From positions 37,388,001 to 37,452,000 of the forward strand of contig NC_086109.1 in the NCBI RefSeq assembly GCF_963921235.1: DNA of 64,000 nucleotides, read 5' to 3'. Source of the stretch: Mobula hypostoma. Lineage: Eukaryota. This document shows, piece after piece, positions 53,933-64,000 of this stretch. The notes below the pieces were generated by a model. It was given only the letters and a program-made list of their open reading frames with translations, ran no database searches and had not been told where the DNA came from. Numbering within the stretch: position 1 is the first letter of the stretch; the number at the start of each line of letters is the position of its first letter. Made by a program: the position numbers and the translations under genes.

Positions 53933-54221
53933 TATATAGAAGATGCTTTGTCTGTGAGAGAGCAGATGCTAGTCACTGCACTTGCTTTATTGCTTGAGAG
54001 ATGCAATATAAGATAAGGTGTTGCTTAATTTGGTTTGTTTCAAACAGACATGCTGACTCTTAAGTTGCTTAGTTCAAGGAAGCTTGCAAAACAGATAATA
54101 TTATTTATCATATCAATAACTGACATGTTTATAGTTGAATATTATGTGCTCAGAGAAGTTAATTTTAGAACATTAAGCGGAGGTCCATGTCATCAAAAAG
54201 AAGGCTTTTGGACCATTTGTG

Positions 54222-55131
54222 TGTAATGCCCTGGCTAAGATTTCTACTGCTATATTGTGAGGTATTTTTATTTTAGCAGTTTTCTCAAAGACAGTGTGTC
54301 CTGTTAGTAAGCTTCATAGACAAATGTTTTGGCTTTGGCTAAAGATAAGGAGCCATTTTGTCCAATTTAGGAATGTTGTGTCGGCCATTTGGGTTTGTTT
54401 GGTAATAGGTTGTAACTTTTTGCCCAGTGAGATGCTATAGAAGATTTGGGAAAGCTGCGCTGGATCAGATTTCTGAAGGACAGTGGTCTGGTTTGGAGTT
54501 ATTTGGCAGGAGGTTCAGAGAAGAGCACAAGGGAAAATGCTTGGAAAATCCTATCCAGATGGGAGTGCCTATTGTAAGAAGTGCTCAGTGCATACAAATG
54601 GTTCAAAGAGGAAGTGCCATACTCCTGAGTTAGCCCGTTCATTCAAAATGGTCTTCAAGGGTAATTCGAACTGTGGCTGGTGTCCTTCACGCAGAAAGTG
54701 GGTTCAGTGCATAAGTAATGAAAGCGAAGCATCCCAACTACTTCAGAAATAAGCCCCAATGTTTATGTGCACATTTGGACTGGTTTAACTGCAATGGGAC
54801 CTTTTATTTTTTCTTTTCTTTTTCTGTTAACTGTTCATTAAAGTTGAAAATTGGTAAATATATTTCCTTTGTAATTTTATGCCAGTGTACGATCTGTCAT
54901 TTTTCTGGCAAATGATAACTGTGTATGGGGCAGTATTTACACAGCGTTCACTATAATCAATGTTCCTTAAATGGAACATCCCAACTTTGCTGTTTGGTTG
55001 AACGCAAATCATCCCGACCTTAGGCAATTGTTGCTTATGGAAGGTGGCCTTCTCACTGCTGAGTCATGTGGCTGTTAGCAGAGCTAGCTAACCAGTCAAG
55101 TTTGTATATGAGCCCCAGTGAGAGAGTTTCA
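54222..55131 (+). mobile_element. Solo LTR (910 bp) of an unrelated LTR element
   Basis: TG...CA termini (tgtaatg...gagtttca), 4-bp TSD tgtg (54218-54221 and 55132-55135), absent from the 5' LTR copy, ATTAAA near 54837. Confidence 0.85.
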
Positions 55132-55691
55132 TGTGCTGAAGGATGTCTGAGGAAATATCATATGCGTGTGAGTCACCGAAATAGGAGAAAAGGGTGTAAA
55201 TGCAGAGAGCAGTTCAGGCTTTTTAGGAATGGGGTAAGGAACATTAAGAAGAAACGTGGAAGAAACACAAGGTGAACGAGAATCTATTCCTCCAACTTCG
55301 GTTTCTGCGAAAGACAACTTGCTTATCTGCATCATGGTATATCCTTTTCATATATAGAAGTTTAAGCAGTGCTTTATGCTTTGTGCTTTATCTTTCATAT
55401 TTAAAAGATACTTTAAGAAATGCTTTATGTTTAGAAAATGGTTGTGCTTTAGACATGGTTTATAATTTGTAAATGTATGAGATTGAATTTCTCTGGGACT
55501 TTTAAATGGGTTTTGCTTGGATTCAAACATGTATCACTGAAACTAATGAACTGTGTTTTAAACTACAAACGGTACTTGTTTGCTGAAAGTATCTTCTCAT
55601 TGGAAGGGAGACTGGACCCACTGTTGAAAAATGTAGGTATTGGCAGCTAAACACAGTAGAGAACAAGTGGGGATATAAACTCGTTTTAGAG

Positions 55692-55771
55692 CAGGGGTTC
55701 CCAGCCTGGGGTTCAGGAACCCCTCAGTTAATAGTAGTGGTCCACGGCATATGAAAGTTTGGGAACCCCTA
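55692..55771. mobile_element. hAT (Charlie-like) MITE
   Basis: TIRs caggggttccca / tgggaaccccta; 8-bp TSD ttttagag / ctttagag. Confidence 0.85.
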
Positions 55772-57435
55772 CTTTAGAGAGAGCACTCTTGGCTATTTAT
55801 ATCCGATAGGGCTTAAGGCCTTTGTTTAGGTTTAGAACTTAGCAGTCAGCAAACCCAATACTATCACAATTGCAGTTCTACATTAATAGGGAAGTATACA
55901 TTCAATAGAATGCACCTAAGCAAGTTCCCATAAAGACAACATTTGACCACAAATGGCAATACTTTACTAGTTATCAAAGACAGAAGGGTGGCAAGCTTTA
56001 AAGGTGATCTCATCATAGCAAGCAGACAGAGGCAACACCCAATTGCAACTGTGAAGAGAAAGAGGGACAGAGGGGGAGAACAATTCTTGGAAGGATCTTT
56101 TTGATGGTAAGGAAACAAAATCTAGAGAATTGTGACCCACTAAATTGAAAGTTTAAGACAGGATGAACTGATAAGGACAAATCAAGAATTAATATGAACA
56201 AGTACTTTTAAGCAGGTCAAAATATACTAACAGTAAATAAATAATAGATGCTTCAATTGGTTCACATAGTCTTTTAGAACTTACACAAGAAAATTGCTAC
56301 AGTGATCTTCCACATTTTTATGATGTGATTTAATCATTTAACTCAAGCTCACTCTAAAGCTCAGACATTTGCAGACATGATAATTATGTGCTAACAGTTG
56401 ATTGCTGAAGAGTTTTCTTACTGATTTGGAGTGTTACTATTTACAGTCTGTGAACCGAATATTTGACTACCCACTGGTAAGAGAACGTCCTCTAAAGTAC
56501 CAGTCACTCATTACATTGCAAAGTATGGAGTCTTCAGAACCCTTGCAGTTTGACAGCAAATTTGTATTTGCCTCCTGTAAAGACATTAAGCAGAAAGACT
56601 GATAGGTCCTGTGTTATACATTTGCAAAGAACAAGACAATCACAATGGAGGAGTGTAATGGCTAATCAACCTGTCAGACTTCTCAATTCACACAAGGGCG
56701 AGCAGTTTGTTGCTCTTTTGCAAAAGTGAAATCACTCACCTCTATAAATGATGCACATAGTCCTCCCAGATGAACTTTTGGTCATTTGGCTATTTCTAAG
56801 ACAAACTTAAAATTTTTACGATGCAAACTTCAGAAGTCAAATAATCTCCAAAATCATTACTTTTGTGGCTGACATAAAAAAAAATGACATTCAAAACTCA
56901 GTTTAGTTTTCTCTGCTTAGGCTCTAAGTGGATTAGTACCTCTTACACCATTGCCTTAAAGTCCAGATGAGAAAACATACTCTCTACTGAAATGTCCTAT
57001 GGCAATTTCAATGTCAGAATTCACCGAGAGGTTTGCAAAGAACTCCTATGAACCTTGCTACTGTAATTCATTAGCAGCAGTAAAGCTTAAGTTAACAGCA
57101 CCTTGCAACTTCTCAGATCTAATCATGAACATTTTAAGTTTCTGCTAAATTATTATTTTATATTGTTGATTTTAATCTGAAAACTAAAAACATTTTGAAG
57201 GGGAATATCCTGGTGCTCAGCTGACATCCATTTCTGGCAAAACTTAGGTGGAGTCCCTAGAAGTAAAATAATTTAAATGGTCAGTTTTTCTACTTCCCCA
57301 GATTTTACACTTTTCATGCCAATATTCAAAAGCATGAATACGTAATTGATTAGGCCTCATCTGTGGGAAAAGAAACAGAGTTAATCTTTCAGGCTGAAGT
57401 TTGTGTTCTGGTGAAGAGTCTTTAAACTAAAACTA

Positions 57436-58224
57436 CAATGGATTCTGGTTAATTGGGCCTTCAGTTAATCTGGGCAGCTACTTATTTGGGACAACTCTTA
57501 AAGAACAAAAACTAATTAAGAAAATAGCCAGGATTCCCTTTGTTTATTTGGGACACTATGTTGCTTAACTGGAACGGGAGCCCATTGCCAAACAGTTTCT
57601 TACTAGCGTCAGTCACATTGCTATTAGACACTCCATTGTGCTTACAGCGAACAGTTTTTAAATAGTATTAGTTGCATGTGCTCATGTCACTGATAGTTGG
57701 CAAGAAATAAGCAGGAGGACAATTCAGTACTGTTTTGCTCACTGCGGTTTCAAGCATTGAGGCTTGGAAATGCCAGATACGGCAGGGAGTGAAAATGAAT
57801 TGATTTTTCCGCTTCAACAAATTAGGACCTATGGGGAATTTGAAGGTATTGGCAATCAGCTTGAATGTTACAATGAAGTGAAGAATTGAAGGATGCATTC
57901 ATCGAAAGCATTCTGTGAAGGCAGTCCATTGTTTACATTAATATCTGCACTGATTTTGTTCATTTACTGTCATTCAAAAGAACACAGCAGCATTCTCTGG
58001 ATGAATTCCTCCGTCAATATCTATTAGGAAATAATACTGTTTTATATTACTCTACTGATAGTGTTCTAATTTGTTCTATGTTTTATTTCAATACATAATT
58101 TGTTACTCACTTAAACAGTCTTTTTATATCTTTTGAACTATTTCCATGAAACCAGCTAATTATGGCAGCCACCCAGTCGAAAATGTGGTCGTCCTGATGT
58201 GTCTCAGTTAACCAGAATTCATTG
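57436..58224. mobile_element. Tigger/pogo-like non-autonomous DNA transposon
   Basis: TIRs caatggattctggttaa / ttaaccagaattcattg with a TA duplication on both sides. Confidence 0.8.
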
Positions 58225-58499
58225 TATTCTCATAGATGCAGTCTGAGATGCTGATTATTACCAGAATTTCCTGATTTTAGTTTAATTTTTTAGCATCTGT
58301 AGCATTACATTATCTTTTTTATCTTATACCAATGATGTGGTAGGAAATCAGGTAAACTCCCAGGCACGCTTGGTGTTTATTTTGAATACCATGCAATAAG
58401 CATAATAAACTAGAACAGCTGAGTTACAGTTATGACTGTCATTTTATTGAATTCCACCCCCTCCACCTCTGTGAAAAGTAAAAGACTCCACAACTAGGC

Positions 58500-58945
58500 T
58501 TTTGTGAATCATCGTTTTCCAGTGGTCCAATATCCATTGTGGTCTTTCTTTTACTCCTTACACAGTATATCTGAAAAATCTTTTTGTATCCTCTTTTATA
58601 TTATTGGCTAGTTTATCTTCATATTTCATCCTTTCTCTATATTTATGGCTTTTTAGTTGCCTTCTGTTGGTCTTTAAAAGCTTCCTGGTCCTCTAAATTC
58701 CCACTAATTTTTGCAATACTATATGTCCCCTCTTTTGCTTTTATGCTGTCTTTGACTTCCCTTGTCAACCACGGTTGCCTCATCCTTCCTTTAGAATACT
58801 TCTTCATCTTTGGGATGTATCTTTCCTACACCTTCTGTATTTTCCACAGAAACAACAGCCATTGCTGTTGTGCTGTCATCCCTGCTAGTGGATTAACTTT
58901 GCCCAGCTCCTCTCTCTCATATATCTGTAATTCCCTTTACTCCAC
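58500..58945 (-). mobile_element. CR1 ORF2 internal fragment
   Basis: Reverse complement resembles the CR1 linker (QPWLTREVKDSIKAK..ISGNLEDQEAF), compare 29960-30200. Confidence 0.75.
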
Positions 58946-59204
58946 TGAGGCATTTCTCTGTCCATCGACCTCCCATCACATCCTCACTCAACCCTCCAGT
59001 TGTGCTACACAAGGTCTGTGAAACATTACTTCCTGCCCTACAACTTGTCCCGCTGAGAAATCTCCCAGATATTCCAATTGTCATTTGGAGGCAGGATGTT
59101 TGCCAAGTGTACTATGAACAGGTAATGGAAATAGACTCCTGCAGTGCAACCCTGTGATTAAAAACATAATTTGGGAACTATTAATTCTTGGCAATCACCT
59201 GCAA

Positions 59205-62200
59205 TTGAGTTAAAAAGCGAGCAGATTGAGAAGGGTCGTTCATTTCTTCGGCAGTTGAACGGGACACAACTGCACAAGCGCGTGAAAGTCGGACTGTGAA
59301 GCAGCAGGAGAGTTAAAAAGTGAGCAGATTGATGGAGCAGGCGACGGAGTAGAGGGAGACAGAGTAGGAAGGCTTTGGCTCGAGGGGCTTTGGTGAGCAG
59401 AGGCTGAGAATGAGCTTCACTCCAATAGAGGTAAGGCTGGGTAAGTTCCTTTAATTAATCTAATTACCTTAGGAGTAGGTAATGGAGGCAGCAGTTAGGG
59501 CAGTTGAGTGCTCCGTTTGCAGTGTGTGGGAAGTCAAGGGCGAGCACAATTGTCCCTGACGACTACACCTGTAATAGGTGCATCCAGCTGCAGCTCCTGA
59601 CAAACTGAGTTAGGGAACTGGAGCTGGAGCTGGATGAACTTCGGATCATTCGTGAGGCAGAGGCAGGAATAAACAGGAGGTACAGGGAGATAGTCCTAAG
59701 TGTCAGGAGACAGGTAGCTGAGTGACTGTCAGGAGAGGGAAGGGGAATAGACAGAATGAACAGAGCACCCCTGTGGCCATTCCCACCAATAATAAGTATA
59801 TCATTTTGAATACTGTTGATGGGGACGACCTACCAGGGACAAGTTGCAGTGGTTGCGTCTATGGCACCGAGACGGGACCCTCAGCTTAGAAGGGAAAGAG
59901 GGAAAAGAGGAGAACAGTAGTGATAGGGGATTCAATAGTTAGGGGGACAGATAAGAGGTTCTGGGAAGAGATGGAGAATCCTGGATGGTCTGTTACCTCC
60001 CTAGTGCCAAGGTCCCTGATATCTCGGATCTAGTTAGCAGTATTCTCAAGAGGGAGGGTGAGCAGCCAGATGCCATGGTCCACGTAGGGACCAATGACAT
60101 GGGTATGAAGAGTGAGGAGGTCCTGAAAGGTGACTTCAGGGAATTAGGCGCCAAGTTAAAGGACAGGACCTCCAGGATAGAAATCTCAGGATTGCTACTA
60201 GTGCCACATGCAGGCGGGTTTAGAAATAGTAAGATAGCACAGATCAACACGTCGCTGAAGACATGGTGCAGGAGGGAGGGCTTCAGATTTATAGATAATT
60301 GGGCAGTTTTCCAGGGAAGGTGGGACCTGTTCCGGCAGGATGGTTTACATCCAAACTGGAGGGGGACAAATATTCTTGCAGGTAGGTTTGCTAGAGAGGC
60401 TCCAGTGGATTTAAACTAGATACAAGGGGGGAGGGGAACCAGAGTGTAGGAACAGATGTAAGGGAGAAGGAAGAAAAAGAAGATAGTAAAGTTGTTTGCA
60501 CCGGTAGTGATAAACAGAGAGTAAGAGGTGGAAAATTTCTTAAATGAATTTATTTTAATGCCAGGAGCATTATAGGAAAGATGGATGAGCTCTAAGCATG
60601 GATTGACACCTGGAAGTATGATGTTGCAGCTACTAGTGAAACATGGGTGAAACATGGTTGCAGGAGGGGTGTGATTGGCAACTGAATATTCCTGGATTTC
60701 ATTGCTTCAGGTGTGATAGAATCAGAGTGACAAGAGGGAGAGGTGGTGCATTGCTTGTCAGAGAAAATATTACAGCGGTGCTCTGGCAGGACAGATTAGC
60801 GGGCTTGTCTAGAGAGACTATTTGGGTGGAATTGAGGAATGGGAAGGGTGTAGTAACACTTATAGGGATGTATTATAGACCACCTAATGGGGAGCGAGAA
60901 TTGGAGGAGCAAATTTGTAAGGAGATAGCAGATATTTGTAGTAAGCACAAGGTTGTGATTGTGGGAGATTTTAATTTTCCACACATAGACTGGGAAGCCC
61001 ATACTGTAATAGGGCTGGATGGTTTGGAGATTTTCATAAAATGTGTGCAGGATAGTTTTTTGCAGCAATACATAGAGGTACCAACCAGAGAAAGGGAATG
61101 TGTTGGATCTCCTGTTAGGGAATGAGATAGGTCAAGTGATGGAGGTAAGTGTTGGGGAGTACTTCGGGTCCAATGATCACAATACCATTAGTTTCAATAT
61201 AATTATGGAGAAGGATAGGTCTGGACCCAGGGTTGAGATTTTTGATTGGAGAAAGGCTAACTTTGAGGAGATGTGAAAGGATTTAGAAGGAGTGGATTGG
61301 GACAATTTGTTTTATGGGAAGGGTGTAATAGAGAAATGGAGGTCATTTAAAGGTGAAATTTTGAGGGTACAGAATCTTTATTTTCCTGTTAGGTTGCAAG
61401 GAAAGGTTAAAAGTTTGAGACAGCCATGGTTCTCAAGGGATATTGGAAACTTGGTTCGGAAAAAGAGAGATATCTATGATAAATATACGCAGCATGAATA
61501 AATGAGGTGCTCAAGGAATATAAAGTATGTAAAAAGAATCTTAAGAAAGAAATTAGAAAAGCTAAAAGAAGATATGAGGTTGCTTTGGCAAGTAAGGTGA
61601 AAATAAATCCAAAGGGTTTCTACAGTTATATTAAAAGCAAAAGGATAGCGAGGGACAAAATTGGTCCCTTAGAGAATCAGAGTGGACAGCTACATGTGGA
61701 GCCAAAAGAGATGGGGGAGATTTTGAACAATTTCTTTTCTTCGGTATTCACTAGGGAGAAGGATACTGAATTGTGTAAGGTAAGGGAAACAAGTAGGGAA
61801 GTTATGGAAACTATGATGATTAAAGAAGAGGAAGTACTGGCGCTTTTAAGGAATATAAAAGTGGATAAGTCTCTGGGTCCTGACAGGATATTCCCTAGGA
61901 CCTTGAGGGAAGTTAGTGTAGAAATAGCAGGGGCTCTGACAGTAATATTTCAAATGTCATTAGAAATGGGGATAGTGCTGGAGGATTGGTGTATTGCTTA
62001 TGTTGTTCCATTGTTTAAAAAGGTTTCTAAGAGTAAACCTAGCAATTATTGGCCTGTAAGTTTGACGGCAGTGGTGGGTAAATTAATGGAAAGTATTCTA
62101 AGAGATGGTATATATAATTATCTGGATAAACAGGGGCTGATTTGGAACAGTCAACATGGATTTGTGTGTGGAAGGTCATGTTTGACAAATCTTATTGAAT

Positions 62201-63431
62201 TTTTTGAAGAGGTTACTAGGAAAGCTGACGAGAGTAAAGCAGTAGATGTTATCTATATGGACTTCAGTAAGGCTTTTGACAAGGTTCCACACAGAAGGTT
62301 AGTTGGGAAGGTTCAATCGTCAGGCATTAATATGGAAGTAGTAAAATGGCTGGATGGGAGATGCCAGAGAGTGGTGGTGGATAACTGTTTGTCAGGTTGG
62401 AGGCCGGTGACTAGTGGTGTGCCTCAGGGATCTGTACTGGCTCCAATGTTGTTTGTCATTTACATTAATGATCTAGATGATGAGGAGGTAAATTGGATTA
62501 GTAAGTATGCAGATGATACTAAGATAGGTGGCGTTGTGGATAATGAAGCAGGTTTGCAAAGCTTGCAGAGAGATTTAGGCCAGTTAGAAGAGTGGGCTGA
62601 AAGATGGCAGATGGAGTTTAATGCTGATAAGTATAAGGTGCTACATTTTGGTAGGACTAATCAAAATAAGACATACATGGTAAATGGTAGGGCATTGAAG
62701 AATGCAGTAGAACAGAGTGATCTAGGAATAATGGTGCATAGTTCCCTGAAGGTGGAATCTCATGTGGATAGGGTGGTAAAGAAAGCTTTTGGTATGCTGG
62801 TGTTTGTAAATCAAAGCATTGAGTATAGGAGTTGGGATGTAATGTTAAAATAGTACAGGGCATTGGTAAGGCCAAATTTGGAGTATTGTGTACATTTCTG
62901 GTCACCAATTTATAGGAAAGATGTCAACAAAATAGAGAGAGTACAGAGAAGATTTACTAGAATGGTACCTGGGTCTCAGCACTTGAGGTACAGAGAAAGG
63001 TTGAACAAGTTAGGTCTTCATTCTTTGGAGCATAGAAGGTTGAAGGGGAACTTGACAGAGGTATTTAAAATTATGAGGGGGATAGATAGAGCTGACATGG
63101 ATAGGCTTTTTCCATTGAGAGTGGGGGAGATTCCAACAAGAGGACATGAGTTGAGAGTTAGGGAGCAAAAGTTTAGGGGTAACATGACGGGGAACTTCTT
63201 TACTCAGAGAGTGGTGGCTGTGTGGAATGAGCTCCAGTAGAACTGGTAGAGGCAGGTTCCATATTGTCATTTTAAGAAAAATTGGGTAGGTATATGGACA
63301 GGAAAGGAATGGAGGGTAATGGGCTGAGTGCAGGTCGGTGGGACTAGGTGAGGGAAAGCGTTTGGCACAGACTAGAAGGGCCGAGATGGCCTGTTTCCGT
63401 GCTGTAATTGTTATATGGTTATATGGTTATA
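59205..63431 (+). mobile_element. Near full-length CR1 LINE (5' UTR, ORF1 zinc finger/SGNH esterase, ORF2 APE-RT, tail); inactivated by stops and frameshifts
   Basis: ORF1 from ATG 59482: VECSVCSVW..YTCNRCIQLQLL, VIGDSIVRG, HVGTND, DGLHPN (SGNH blocks). ORF2: ETWL, YYRPP, VGDFN, YMDFSKAFDKVPH, KYADDTK. Tail (gttatatg)n. Confidence 0.95.
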
Positions 63432-63434
63432 ATA

Positions 63435-63845
63435 TATGTACATGCAATGGCCACACAATTGGGTTTCTCTTGTATCTAATAGAATGGCCACTACCACTAT
63501 GTCGACTCAGGCCTAGGGGGCCAGCGTCGGACAATAGAATGGCCACTGGGTGTACAATGGTGGTTGTCTGCTGCTGTAACCCATCCACTTCAAGTTTGGA
63601 CAGGTTGTGCACTTAGAAATGCTCTTCTGCACACCACTGTTGTAAAGTGTGGTTATGTGACTTACTGTCACCTCTTGCCAGCTTGAACCAGTCTGGTCAT
63701 TCTCCTCTGACCTCTCTCATTAACAAGGTGTTTTCACCCACAGAACTGCTGCTCACTGATTGTTTTTGTTTTTCGCACGTGTCTCTATAAACTCTGGAAA
63801 GTATCATGCATGAAAATCCCAGGTTCCGAGGCACTCAAACTACGC
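63435..63845. mobile_element. Probable Tc1-derived non-autonomous element fragment
   Basis: Recalled similarity to fish and shark Tc1 derivatives (tggccac.., cccatccacttcaag, gaaccagtctgg.cattctcctctgacctct, cccacagaactgc). No TIR pair resolved. Confidence 0.45.
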
Positions 63846-64000
63846 CAATTCAAAAACCTTTTAAAGAATTGAAAGAAATACTTTGAATCCTAAATTATTC
63901 GAATAAAGTTGCAAAGTTACTAATTATTTAACCATAAAAACTCTTGATAAAATGAATGTTGTATTTCAGAAAATGTCAGAAATGCATGAGTAACAAGGGG

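Larger units (their letters stand above)
35563..55868 (+). mobile_element. Foamy-virus-like endogenous retrovirus (decayed provirus with nested insertions)
   Basis: Paired long direct repeats flank colinear foamy-type RT, RNase H and integrase motifs and env TM-like motifs. See the sub-features and findings. Confidence 0.85.
53983..55868 (+). repeat. 3' LTR of the foamy-like provirus, split by a solo LTR and a hAT MITE; ends ...ctatcACA
   Basis: Direct-repeat homology to 35563-36151 plus 40299-40726, with terminal CA. It may start further upstream than the alignable part. Confidence 0.8.

Noticed and set aside
55869..57400. Additional host exons downstream of the provirus
   Set aside because: No ORF with recognisable homology or convincing splice-site pair; small exons cannot be excluded without transcripts.

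Overview
This is vertebrate genomic DNA, very likely from a cartilaginous fish (shark or ray), inferred from HE1/V-SINE-like SINEs, dense CR1, Rex-Babar and Penelope content, and a divergent GPR37L1. The only host gene is a two-exon GPR37L1 (CDS 5948-6751 + 10558-11364, 536 aa). The rest is mostly mobile DNA. The most notable structure is a heavily decayed, apparently near-complete foamy-virus-like (spumaretroviral) endogenous provirus at about 35563-55868. It has paired diverged LTRs, a putative PBS and gag region, pol motifs colinear with foamy virus Pol (RT, RNase H, integrase), env TM-like remnants and a possible accessory region. At least ten younger insertions break it up: two Gypsy LTR retrotransposons, a solo LTR, several Penelope elements carrying minimal hammerhead ribozymes, a LINE tail, MITEs and a SINE. 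An unrelated ERV1-type pol fragment lies upstream of GPR37L1. All homology calls come from manual translation and recall of family sequences; no database searches were run, and identity figures are estimates by eye.
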